A stretch of DNA of 64,000 bases, from the IMG/VR virus record IMGVR_UViG_3300042448_001193; one strand, 5' to 3'. Made by a program: the position numbers and the translations under genes. The notes under the pieces are model-generated. The model saw only the letters and a list, made by a program, of their open reading frames with translations. It did no database searches and was not told the DNA's origin. Each line of letters starts with the position of its first letter. The first letter of the stretch is position 1. The stretch is from a virus (taxonomy: Duplodnaviria; Heunggongvirae; Uroviricota; Caudoviricetes). Shown here in pieces: positions 34,764-44,095 of this stretch.

Positions 34764-36557
34764 TTACTCTCCCTTGGCTTGCTTGGTGGCCGTAGCGTAC
34801 ATAACAGACTTAGCATCTTTGCCATAACGCTCTTTGAAGCCAGCAATGTTCTTCTTCATGCCTTTGACATTCTTTTCCAATGCAGCCTTTTCAGCGGTGG
34901 TCAATGAACGCTCTTCAATTTGCTCAACTTCTTCCTTAGCTAAACGATCAACAGCTTTGCCCATGTTTTCGCGGCGCTTCCAAGACTTAGCAAAAGTTTT
35001 ATCTGCTTTCTCCATGCTCTTTCTAGCATCATTGTAGCGTGAATCTTTACGTGCAGCTTCTGAATCATTAGCATGTTGACGAGTCAATGCGCCCTTGTGT
35101 GCAACATCATGAGATGCTTTCTTGACATAGGATGCTAGTGTAGACTTCTTTAGTTCATCTAGTTGTTCAAATTCTTCAGTTTGCATGAAGTTTTCAACAT
35201 CTTCAACAGTAAATTCAAGTTCATCTAAGTTTTCATATTCTTCTCTAGTCAAACGTTTAACAGCTTTTTTAACGCCGCGGTCTCGCTTTTTAATCACACG
35301 CTGATCTGCTTTCATTTCGCGGGCGTTACGAACCTGATCAGCTTTTTTTTCAGGTTGGGCACCATACGCCACGCTTGCAATATTATGCTCTCTATCTGCT
35401 TGACTTCTTACAGCTTTATTGATGTATGAACCGAGTGTCTTCTTACTTAACTCATCAATTTGTTCAACTTCTTCTTTAGTCAAACGATCTACCGCTCTTT
35501 GTATACCAGTAGTTGAATTTTTAAGTCTACGGAAGTTTCCTGGCGTCCTACGATTTCGTTCCAGTGTAGTAAGATGATGACCTACCTCGTGTGCGGCATA
35601 CCTCACCCTGCCTTGGGCTTTATTGATATATTTACCAAGAGTCTTCTTGCTCAGTTCATCTAGTTGTTCAAATTCTTCAGTTTGCATGAAGTTTTCAACA
35701 TCTTCAACAGTAAATTCAAGTTCATCTAAGTTTTCATATTCTTCTCTAGTCAAACGTTTAACAGCGCGATCAACGCCGCGATTTCGCTTTTTAATCACAC
35801 GTTCATCTTTTTTTATTTCGCGGGCTTGCTGTTTCACATCAGCTTTTTTTTCAGGTTGGTCGCCAAAGTGCAGACGTCCAATATTATAATCTTTATTTGC
35901 TACACTGCTTACAGCTTTATTGATGTATGAACCGAGTGTCTTCTTACTTAACTCATCAATTTGTTCAACTTCTTCTTTAGTCAAACGATCTACCGCTCTT
36001 TGTATACCAGTAGTTGAATTTTTAACTTTACGGACATGTTGTGGGGACGGTTTAAGTTTAGAAACATCACGTCCTATCATGTATGATCTATTTCTCACAT
36101 TATCTCGGGCAGCCTTAATATATTTACCAAGAGTCTTCTTGCTCAGTTCATCTAGTTGTTCAACAGATTCTTGCTTGACAGCTTGCACAGCAGGCTTTGC
36201 AACTTCAGCTTTGCTCTTGCCAATGGACTTGTCTTGTGCTATCTTGATCTCTTTGTTGAACTCTTCTTGAGATGCTTCTTCTTTTGTATACTTCTTAGTG
36301 TACACAGTGCCTGTGGAGATTTTCTTAGCATCGTGGCCAGTCTTCTCACCTTTTTCAGCAGTTTGGCGTGGAGTATTCTTCCAGTCAAATGGGCTAGCAG
36401 GCTTCTTGGCTTCCTCTTTGCGCAACAACTTGAAGTCGTGTGCATCAACTTTGCCGTTTTTGTTTTTATCGATCTTGTGTTGATCGCCTTTCAGTGCTTC
36501 GTCCACAACAGCTTTCACTGCTTCGGCCACTGATTTTAGAATTTTATCGTTGAACAT
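34764..36557 (-). CDS. large K/E-rich repeat protein with CTS-like leader (MFNDKILKSVAE|A); about 5 copies of EQ(I/L)DELSKKTLG(S/K)YINKA
   Basis: 597 aa; internal 0.5-kb tandem nucleotide duplications. Confidence 0.55.
   Translation of the reverse strand: MFNDKILKSVAEAVKAVVDEALKGDQHKIDKNKNGKVDAHDFKLLRKEEAKKPASPFDWKNTPRQTAEKGEKTGHDAKKISTGTVYTKKYTKEEASQEEFNKEIKIAQDKSIGKSKAEVAKPAVQAVKQESVEQLDELSKKTLGKYIKAARDNVRNRSYMIGRDVSKLKPSPQHVRKVKNSTTGIQRAVDRLTKEEVEQIDELSKKTLGSYINKAVSSVANKDYNIGRLHFGDQPEKKADVKQQAREIKKDERVIKKRNRGVDRAVKRLTREEYENLDELEFTVEDVENFMQTEEFEQLDELSKKTLGKYINKAQGRVRYAAHEVGHHLTTLERNRRTPGNFRRLKNSTTGIQRAVDRLTKEEVEQIDELSKKTLGSYINKAVRSQADREHNIASVAYGAQPEKKADQVRNAREMKADQRVIKKRDRGVKKAVKRLTREEYENLDELEFTVEDVENFMQTEEFEQLDELKKSTLASYVKKASHDVAHKGALTRQHANDSEAARKDSRYNDARKSMEKADKTFAKSWKRRENMGKAVDRLAKEEVEQIEERSLTTAEKAALEKNVKGMKKNIAGFKERYGKDAKSVMYATATKQAKGE
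35130..36180. repeat. imperfect tandem duplication of about 0.5 kb (2 copies plus partial third) inside gene 34764..36557
   Basis: blocks 35141-35285 vs 35642-35775 and 35413-35525 vs 35914-36025 nearly identical; partial at 36117-36170. Confidence 0.75.
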
Positions 36558-36583
36558 GGTTTTTCCTTTTTGTTTTATGTTAA

Positions 36584-38236
36584 TTAGTTATGTTCCTGCC
36601 AGTTTACAATGCCCACAGCATCATCGTTGTTGGTAGTGGCTATTGCTGCCAAACACCATATGTCTGATACACCTGCTATAGTTCTACCTAACTGTTGACT
36701 AAAGTCTATTTCGTTGCTAGTAACTTGAGCGGATCCGCCCTTATTAGATCCTACAAATACACCTTGCGTTATTACTTTGCCGCCAGATAATGCTGTAGCA
36801 GAGATGTCATACTCTACTGTACTGTCTGTGTCAGCACTGGTCCAATTAGCATCAGTCAATGTGGGATTGAGAATAATGCGATATGAAAAGGCTGCTTGTT
36901 GTAGTCCAAATACATCGAACGCAGTGGGCACTACAATAGAGTCCGGGGCTGTTGACTTCATGCGTAAACAGACTAATGGTCTGTACACGGTATTGCTGAG
37001 GTCCTTACCAGTTAGTGCTGTTCCTATGGCACGGGTAAAACTGCGATTACTATAACCGCCTTCCGACATAACTGTACTACAGATTGCTCTCATTGAGGCT
37101 GCGGGTCCAGTGCTGATCAATTCATATCGTAGGGGTAACGTAGCACTGGTCATATAGACCTTGTTTAATATGTTGGCATGATGAAAACTGTGACAAACGA
37201 TGAACTGTCCGTTAATCACAAATCCACAACGAACTGTCCCTACACCTAACCATTCTATGTCTGTCCAGAAGATTTGTGCTTTGGTTACATCTAATGTTAT
37301 TCCGCTGGCTCCAGTTCCATCTAATTTATCACCATTCCACAAACTTTGAGGGAATTTTTCCGTAGTGTCATCTACTGAACCAGAAGTGTATTTTCTAATA
37401 ACTAGATTTTTTGTGGTGTCTGCTACTTCAAAGTAGATGCCGTTCTGTGCTCCGAAATAGCCTGCTCGTTGTGTAACGCCAGCGGTAGGAGCGTTCATAA
37501 CAAAGGTCAACAGAACCAATAGACTCTTACCAGGCTGGTAGGAAAATACCTGTTTAGTCTGACGAATGGCCGATCCTGCTCCTGTAGCGCTCATTAGAAT
37601 AGAACTTTCGTTAGGTAAGAAAGAGGAAGTGACAGAGCCTGTGTCCACTTGGTCCCACTTGTATGTATTGTCAAAGTAACGCAGACCACCATCGAACAGT
37701 GTATATGGATTACTTACACGCAACCGTCCAAACGCATCAGTGGCCGCTGCCCCCAAAGTTACAGCACTGGTGCCAGTTAGGGTAGCATTTACATTACCAC
37801 TAATAGGTATAGGATTGCCGCTGTCGTTTTTAATCTCTACCTCAGGCATAGTGCCAATGTTAACTGTAGGAGTGCCGCTGATAGTAACTGTGGTATTTTC
37901 CAATGCTGACAATGTGTTTGCCGATAAACTAACGATGCCGTCTGTGCCAATGTTAACATTTCCGCCTATTGGCATATAAGATACAGTCAATAAACCACTT
38001 GTGCCAACTTCCGTAATGTGTGTATGAACTGGGTTTTCTGGCGAACTTGCGACATTAACCGTATCCACAAAATTCACGTTTCCAGTAATTGTGATATTTT
38101 CTGAACCAAGAGTTACTGGTAAAGGATTTGAGAGAGAAACGATATCACCATTAGCGTTATTAGCCAACATCATCACCTCATATCGAGATGAAATCTTCGG
38201 ATCTAGCGCACCAATATCTTTATTAAATTGTGCCAC
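36584..38236 (-). CDS. 550-aa probable virion structural protein (no CTS leader)
   Basis: long ORF, beta-rich, many NxT/S. Confidence 0.45.
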   Translation of the reverse strand: MAQFNKDIGALDPKISSRYEVMMLANNANGDIVSLSNPLPVTLGSENITITGNVNFVDTVNVASSPENPVHTHITEVGTSGLLTVSYMPIGGNVNIGTDGIVSLSANTLSALENTTVTISGTPTVNIGTMPEVEIKNDSGNPIPISGNVNATLTGTSAVTLGAAATDAFGRLRVSNPYTLFDGGLRYFDNTYKWDQVDTGSVTSSFLPNESSILMSATGAGSAIRQTKQVFSYQPGKSLLVLLTFVMNAPTAGVTQRAGYFGAQNGIYFEVADTTKNLVIRKYTSGSVDDTTEKFPQSLWNGDKLDGTGASGITLDVTKAQIFWTDIEWLGVGTVRCGFVINGQFIVCHSFHHANILNKVYMTSATLPLRYELISTGPAASMRAICSTVMSEGGYSNRSFTRAIGTALTGKDLSNTVYRPLVCLRMKSTAPDSIVVPTAFDVFGLQQAAFSYRIILNPTLTDANWTSADTDSTVEYDISATALSGGKVITQGVFVGSNKGGSAQVTSNEIDFSQQLGRTIAGVSDIWCLAAIATTNNDDAVGIVNWQEHN

Positions 38237-38614
38237 TTAGCAATTCCATTTTCTTAGTGCGAGAGCTTTACGGGACGGCTCTCCGTTAGGTTTCTTCATC
38301 GGACCTTCCACTCCACCCATTCTAGCACAGAATGACTTGCGACGGTTAGCAGCTTTACTGCCCGGTGTCAATTTTGATGGTGGTGTTGTAACCGGTGCTT
38401 TTAGATTGCCGCCATCTTTTCTGTTGTAGTAGTCACGACCCTTTTGAGTTAGACCACCAGTAGAGCTTTTTAGTCCTTTAGCATCAACTGCGGCTTCCAC
38501 TACAGTTTCTTCTTTCATACAAGAATCGGGTGAGTATGCTTTCTTACCTGGAACAGGTTTATAGCCTTTCCAGCAGCGCCCAGCTTCAGTGACAAAATCT
38601 TTATAGTTTTTCAT
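38237..38614 (-). CDS. small protein with CTS-like leader MKNYKDFVTE|A
   Basis: 125 aa; ATGA overlap with upstream 843-aa gene. Confidence 0.5.
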   Translation of the reverse strand: MKNYKDFVTEAGRCWKGYKPVPGKKAYSPDSCMKEETVVEAAVDAKGLKSSTGGLTQKGRDYYNRKDGGNLKAPVTTPPSKLTPGSKAANRRKSFCARMGGVEGPMKKPNGEPSRKALALRKWNC

Positions 38615-41142
38615 AGGTAATTCTTTCCTCTGAACGTGCTAAGTGATATGCCATGTTTAGCCAGTTCATCTTGTTTTTGTGCACCAATTGACGCTGTGGT
38701 TGAATCCCCACCCATTTCAGCAACAGGTTTCTTTTTCAGAGGATTCACTTTGCCATTCTTGTCATTGATTTCGCCCATGTCACGCCCAATGCCTTCGCCA
38801 CCAGCAGCCATGGACATGCCAGTTTCTATGCCTTTGTCGATGGCTTCTTTGAACGTGTTTTTGGCTTGCGAGAGGGTGAGCTTGCCTTTAAAGCGGCTGG
38901 CTTCGTGGATGTTTTTGGTGCTGGCTTCGGCACTGGCACTGGCACTTGTTCCTGCACTGTTACCACTGGAACTTCCACTTCCACTTTCGGTAATGGCTCT
39001 GGTACTACTACGACCGGAACTTCCACTTTCGGCAATGGTTGTGGCTCCGGTGCTGACTCCGGCACTACGGCTGGTGCTTCCACTTTCGGCAATGGTTGTG
39101 GCTCCGGTTCCACTGGCGGTTTGCTCTTCACAAAGAAACTTTTCACGAATTTCAACATTTACATTCTCCTTTAATTTAACTATGTAACCTTTGTCTGTCT
39201 TAACGACTTCACCACCTTTGGTGTGTGCGTCTTTAGCAGCATTGTTTCGTATTGCATATACTTTAGGCTTGTTGCCTGATGCAATATATGTAGCTCCATC
39301 TTTTACGGCAGTTCTTTCACCACTGATACTTTCGGAGACAAACATGGATTTTCCGAGCGTCAATAGATTGTATGCACCAGAATCAGACATTTCTGTGTGG
39401 TCCACGTGCTCCTCAACTTCCTGCTCTTCCACTTCTGCATCTCCATTGCCAGTCAGCATCTTCATTGCTTTTTGTAGCTCTTCTGGGGTATCAGCTTTGA
39501 AAGTAACTGAAACGGCCTCAAAAAGATTCTGAAAATCTTCGTTGATAGACTCTTTGACTGGTTTCTTGGGCACAGGCTTTTGGCTACTAGCTCCACTCAT
39601 AGGAACTTCAGCAGTTTTCTTAATCATCTTTTGCTGTTCAGCGTGTGTTGGATCCTGCACCAAAGTTCCGTGAACTGTGTGATGTGTGACTTTACCATTC
39701 TTACCATATCGGCCATAGCCATAGTATTGTAGCCCAAGGCGTCTAGCTTCATCAGTTGCTTTGTTTTCGCCCTCAGCGGAGTGTGGAATAGACAGTTCCG
39801 TGCCTTTCTTAGGAACAGGCAAGGTGTCTTTCTTCTGTAGTTCACCAGCAACCCAAGCCTTAGCTTGCTCATTCTTAGGTGGTGCTTGAACAAACTTTTG
39901 GACAGTCTTGAAGATGTTGTTCATCTCTTCTTTCTTGGCTTTGACCACTTCTGGTGCTGCGGTGCGCAAGTCTTCAGAGTTATCAAATTCAATATAGCTG
40001 TTGCCAAACAACTTAGCCATCTCTGGGCGTGAATTGTTTACTGCGTCCCACTTTTCTTTACGAATATTCTCAGGAACTGTACGACCACCTCTTTGCCCAC
40101 GCTCAACGTTTCTCTGTGCAGAAATTTCATCGCGTGTAACAACGGCAACCATAGAAGTTTCATAGCCAATTTCTTCTAAGTTTTTCTTTATCTTGGCATA
40201 CTTTGCGGGATCATCGCCTGTGCCATTGATAATGATGCCGTTGCGACCCAACAGCGCCAGCTTCTGCTTCAACTCTGTCATGTCTTTTGCTTTACCGCGA
40301 ACAAGTGTCCGTGCATCAGCTTCAGTCTCTGGCATTTTCTTGTCCAGATTATTCTTGTCCATCAGAAACTCAAGTGCTTTGTCTGAGTTGATTTCAATCA
40401 AGCCATGACCAGCAAGTGTGTTATCCAACACATAGTCTTTACCTGAGCCTGGACCGCCCGATAGAAACACAGCCTTGAAGATGCCTTTATCGTGGACACC
40501 CTCAGATAGGATCATCTGAATTTGTGATCGGAAATCTTCTTTGACTTGCATTCCCTTGCGCACATCATTATACAATTCTTTAGCGTGTTCTGGCGCTACG
40601 TGACTTGGAATGCCTTTTTTGAATTCTTTGAAGTTGCCTTTTGATGCATGGCTACGCATCTTGGATGCAGACATACCAGATACACCCTCAGCATCAGGAT
40701 CACGCTCACCAGCGGAGTGTACGTGAATACCACGAAACTTGAAGTATCCATGCGTACCTTTTACGCCATTGTATTTGTGTAAAATCTTCTCATACTCACC
40801 AGTTCTATCGGATCCTGCAACCATGTGCAAATGTGTAGCGCCAGCTTTGTGGAGTTTTGATGCTTGAGCCAGAAAGTTTGGATGTTCTTTACTGGAGGTT
40901 GTGATATTCGTGTCAGGAAAATATCGTTGTGCGTGTTTGACTTTTTGCTCACCTGAGAGTGGATTCTTCTCAGCGTCCTGTGAATGCGATAGAACCACGT
41001 GGTGTGTTCCTCTCACAGACTTAGCAACATCTTTGACTTTATCAACCAGTTTTGCATGACCGGTTGTTGGTGGATTCATGCGTCCGAACGCAAGGACCGC
41101 ATGTTTTTCTGTTGTTTCTTCTAAATATTGTCTGAACTTCAT
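38611..41142 (-). CDS. 843-aa fusion protein: CTS-like leader MKFRQYLEE|T; HxGH nucleotidyltransferase domain (GRMNPPTTGHAKL); P-loop kinase domain (FLSGGPGSGKD); repetitive low-complexity C-terminus (GATTIAESGS repeats)
   Basis: motifs read from translation; NadR-like (NMNAT plus kinase) architecture is inference. Confidence 0.5.
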   Translation of the reverse strand: MKFRQYLEETTEKHAVLAFGRMNPPTTGHAKLVDKVKDVAKSVRGTHHVVLSHSQDAEKNPLSGEQKVKHAQRYFPDTNITTSSKEHPNFLAQASKLHKAGATHLHMVAGSDRTGEYEKILHKYNGVKGTHGYFKFRGIHVHSAGERDPDAEGVSGMSASKMRSHASKGNFKEFKKGIPSHVAPEHAKELYNDVRKGMQVKEDFRSQIQMILSEGVHDKGIFKAVFLSGGPGSGKDYVLDNTLAGHGLIEINSDKALEFLMDKNNLDKKMPETEADARTLVRGKAKDMTELKQKLALLGRNGIIINGTGDDPAKYAKIKKNLEEIGYETSMVAVVTRDEISAQRNVERGQRGGRTVPENIRKEKWDAVNNSRPEMAKLFGNSYIEFDNSEDLRTAAPEVVKAKKEEMNNIFKTVQKFVQAPPKNEQAKAWVAGELQKKDTLPVPKKGTELSIPHSAEGENKATDEARRLGLQYYGYGRYGKNGKVTHHTVHGTLVQDPTHAEQQKMIKKTAEVPMSGASSQKPVPKKPVKESINEDFQNLFEAVSVTFKADTPEELQKAMKMLTGNGDAEVEEQEVEEHVDHTEMSDSGAYNLLTLGKSMFVSESISGERTAVKDGATYIASGNKPKVYAIRNNAAKDAHTKGGEVVKTDKGYIVKLKENVNVEIREKFLCEEQTASGTGATTIAESGSTSRSAGVSTGATTIAESGSSGRSSTRAITESGSGSSSGNSAGTSASASAEASTKNIHEASRFKGKLTLSQAKNTFKEAIDKGIETGMSMAAGGEGIGRDMGEINDKNGKVNPLKKKPVAEMGGDSTTASIGAQKQDELAKHGISLSTFRGKNYL
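38885..39125. repeat. about 60-bp tandem repeats encoding GATTIAESGS(S/T)xRS units
   Basis: ccactttcggcaatggttgtggctccggt recurring; generates spurious overlapping ORFs. Confidence 0.7.
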
Positions 41143-41196
41143 TTACTCCGCCTCTACAGCAAGTTTCATTATAGTCTATTTAGCAAAAAACAATTG

Positions 41197-41889
41197 TCAA
41201 TCTCTGACTAATTCTCCAGTCCTGGCGATCATTCCTGTGCAATACACACGGTCAACCTCAACCAGCTTATCTTTTGGAATGTGCAAAAAATGCACATGTT
41301 CTGTGTCCAATTGTCCAAGAATATTGAGATTTTTCTGTAATATTTCAAAATAATCATCAGCTAGACTGGAGCACAGTGAGAACAGTCTTGTGTCCAAGCA
41401 ATGTGTTGCACCAGAAACAACAGGATTCATCCATGTTTCATTGCGGCGCTTAAACACATAATGTCCTTGCTTGTCTGTATAATATGAAATGTCAAAGCCA
41501 TCATCAAGGACATATCTACCAGACAACTTGAATATTCTATCACACACGATTCCTTGCCTCTTTATGAAATTCAGCATTTCCATAAGAATGACTGTTTCAC
41601 CATGACTCTTCATGCCATGAGTTGAAAACATCTTGACTGCATGATGATCATTGAAACTCACAACCTTACAATATTCTTGCAGTTCATCTATCATTCCACC
41701 AAGTGGCGCAACTGAGATATCAGCGAGAAAGATCATAGCTGTTGGATCTTTCTCACGAATAGATTTCAGTGTGTCCAGTGTGTCGTTGAACCTCTGTATT
41801 GTATTGAAAACGCCAGCTTGTGTGAGCAAAGCGGAAGTTACGATGAATACATTCATGTGTGATTGAAGTCTCTGAATATGACAAACCAA
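41197..41889 (-). CDS. hypothetical protein, possible nucleotide-sugar transferase (230 aa)
   Basis: ORF in transferase cluster; weak. Confidence 0.35.
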   Translation of the reverse strand: MVCHIQRLQSHMNVFIVTSALLTQAGVFNTIQRFNDTLDTLKSIREKDPTAMIFLADISVAPLGGMIDELQEYCKVVSFNDHHAVKMFSTHGMKSHGETVILMEMLNFIKRQGIVCDRIFKLSGRYVLDDGFDISYYTDKQGHYVFKRRNETWMNPVVSGATHCLDTRLFSLCSSLADDYFEILQKNLNILGQLDTEHVHFLHIPKDKLVEVDRVYCTGMIARTGELVRD

Positions 41890-42683
41890 TAGTCAGGATT
41901 GACATAATTGATTTTGAAGTCGTGCGGTGACATTTTGTATGACATGAGCAACATGGACTGATCATCATCAATCAAATCCACTTCAATGTAGTTCATTATT
42001 GCCCGTGTCATGAGTGTTGCCATTTGCTTCCACTTTTCAACTGGTGCAACGATGTGACAGCCTTGGACGTACACATTATTTGTCTTGACGATATTGAATA
42101 TAGGTTCAGCTTCGTCAGGGTTGGAGAAACAGAACAGATTGATTAGATTCTGTGTGTTGAACTTCCATTCCATTCCAGCAGGACAGAATGTATCTTCACG
42201 CACATATCCAAAGTCTAACCAAGCAGCCGTGCCTGTTGACACATGACCCATCTTAATTGCTGTATTGACAAACAAAGATTTGGCGTAATTTATGAACACA
42301 TAATGTGGCGACCAATACTCAGGCATCGTTGGTTGATTCAGATGCGCAATAAACTCAGGGCGTCTTTGAATGTGTGCGATACGACTCAGTAGCTGGTTGT
42401 TGTCTTCAAAAATGTTATCAGCAACAACACAGATGATATCGTCACGATAACTCTTGATGGTGTCAATGAATTTGCTTTCGGTGAAAACAACGATAGGATT
42501 CTTTAGCTCAGTTAGTCGCTTGAATCTGTCCAGATATGTCTGTGTGTCACGCTTTAGGTAGTGTGGCAGTTGCTGACCATTTAGAGTACCTTCCCAATTT
42601 GACCTACCAATGTCAAAGAACGCAGTTACAATTGTGACAGTCTCACTCATTTCTTGATCCAGTACCATACATCGTTTGCACAA
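41853..42683 (-). CDS. hypothetical protein, possible glycosyltransferase (276 aa)
   Basis: ORF in transferase cluster; weak. Confidence 0.35.
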   Translation of the reverse strand: MCKRCMVLDQEMSETVTIVTAFFDIGRSNWEGTLNGQQLPHYLKRDTQTYLDRFKRLTELKNPIVVFTESKFIDTIKSYRDDIICVVADNIFEDNNQLLSRIAHIQRRPEFIAHLNQPTMPEYWSPHYVFINYAKSLFVNTAIKMGHVSTGTAAWLDFGYVREDTFCPAGMEWKFNTQNLINLFCFSNPDEAEPIFNIVKTNNVYVQGCHIVAPVEKWKQMATLMTRAIMNYIEVDLIDDDQSMLLMSYKMSPHDFKINYVNPDYWFVIFRDFNHT

Positions 42684-43201
42684 GTTTGTACTTCTGCGCC
42701 GTGCTTGGCTGCAAATTCATTTACCGCACGATTTACACCTTCGATGACATTGTAATCGTGACCTGCAAAAACACCACCAGATTTTACTTTACTGAAGTAA
42801 TTCTCACAGTCAATCGTGACTTGTTCGTATGTGTGTATTCCATCAATAAATATGAAATCGAGTGAGTCATCTTCAAAATGATTGACCATATTATCCGAGA
42901 AATCACGATGCATGACGAATCTATCACCGAACTCAGCACAGTAATCCAGAATCTGTTTGTGCATGTCAACACGATCTGTCAGGAATCTACCATTCCAGTC
43001 TTCATAGTTGACATACGGATCAATACCATGCAACACCAACTCAGGTAAGTTTTTCAGCAAATAGTGTGTTGTGTGGCCTTCAGCACAGCCGATCTCCAAA
43101 CCAACCTGTGGTCCCTTATCACGCAATAGTAGCAGAAGTCCTTTACCTGAACAAATCCACTCATTGGCAGGATTAGTATTCATTACAATGTAATCGCTCA
43201 T
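42647..43201 (-). CDS. class I SAM-dependent methyltransferase (GLEIGCAEGHTT), macrocin-O-MTase/FkbM-like
   Basis: SAM-binding motif I. Confidence 0.5.
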   Translation of the reverse strand: MSDYIVMNTNPANEWICSGKGLLLLLRDKGPQVGLEIGCAEGHTTHYLLKNLPELVLHGIDPYVNYEDWNGRFLTDRVDMHKQILDYCAEFGDRFVMHRDFSDNMVNHFEDDSLDFIFIDGIHTYEQVTIDCENYFSKVKSGGVFAGHDYNVIEGVNRAVNEFAAKHGAEVQTCANDVWYWIKK

Positions 43202-43210
43202 AATATTCTT

Positions 43211-44095
43211 TCATGTAGTAATAGTAAAATACTTAGGAGATGACCCAGTATCAGTTTCAGTTGTAATCTTCACATCATACTTATCATAGAAGTATTTTGT
43301 CCACTCAGGCACTCGGTCGTACTGATGCACAATAACGAAAGGCTCACCATCGGCGTTCTTAACAACACCATCTTCCATGTATGGACGATCCTCAAGTAAA
43401 TATGGACCAAACTCGTCCATCTGGTCTGGTTTATTTGTCACATGTGCATTCAATGCCCAGCCATCCATCAGTGGAAGACATGTCGCCACCTCGTTCCATG
43501 GCTTGAAACTCAGCAACATATTATATGCAGCTTGATCAGCAACCCAGTCGGGACGATTACTAGACATTTGAAATAGTGCAAAGCACAGGTCCTTGATGTA
43601 TTCTGTTGTGCCCGCTAGGATGCCCACGTTGAATACTTCATGTTCTTTGATATCCTCATAGAAGTATTGACCAAAGTTTTTGATGATGTTTTCACGATTC
43701 CATCGCTCATGCTGAATCTGGATTGCTTCCGATTGTGCTACGATACCTTTGTAGCTACCATATAGATTGTGTAGATACAAGCTAGGATTGCTCTGAAATA
43801 TCACATCACGAACATCTGTAGTGATGACATAGCGATATTTGTTATGGTACTTTTTCAGGAAATCGTAGATGTATAGGAAGCGCATCATGTGAATCATCAT
43901 GTTGCCTTGCTTTGGATGCTCAACAACAGTCACACCAGCGTCTTCAATCTCTAACACAATACTTTTCGGTGCATCAATTGCAATCAGTACAATATCACCA
44001 TCGAAGCCAGTTTCTTTGATGGAATGAATCCACGGCTTGACAACGTTGAAGTCGCTGTAGTTACTAAATGCACCAATTATTAAATCTTTCGCCAT
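43211..44095 (-). CDS. hypothetical protein (294 aa) in transferase cluster
   Basis: ORF; overlaps GT2 gene end. Confidence 0.4.
   Translation of the reverse strand: MAKDLIIGAFSNYSDFNVVKPWIHSIKETGFDGDIVLIAIDAPKSIVLEIEDAGVTVVEHPKQGNMMIHMMRFLYIYDFLKKYHNKYRYVITTDVRDVIFQSNPSLYLHNLYGSYKGIVAQSEAIQIQHERWNRENIIKNFGQYFYEDIKEHEVFNVGILAGTTEYIKDLCFALFQMSSNRPDWVADQAAYNMLLSFKPWNEVATCLPLMDGWALNAHVTNKPDQMDEFGPYLLEDRPYMEDGVVKNADGEPFVIVHQYDRVPEWTKYFYDKYDVKITTETDTGSSPKYFTITT

Noticed and set aside
35623-36533. Plus-strand ORFs 35623..35889, 35920..36270, 36156..36533 and others opposite the repeat protein
   Set aside because: Ser/Leu-rich complement-frame artefacts of a K/E-rich gene. No start context.
38636-39532. 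Plus-strand ORFs 38636..39187, 38866..39174, 39191..39532 and minus alternate-frame 38826..39158 (PEPQPLPKVE repeats)
   Set aside because: They lie inside the 843-aa minus-strand gene. They are produced by the 60-bp tandem repeats, which are low complexity in all frames.
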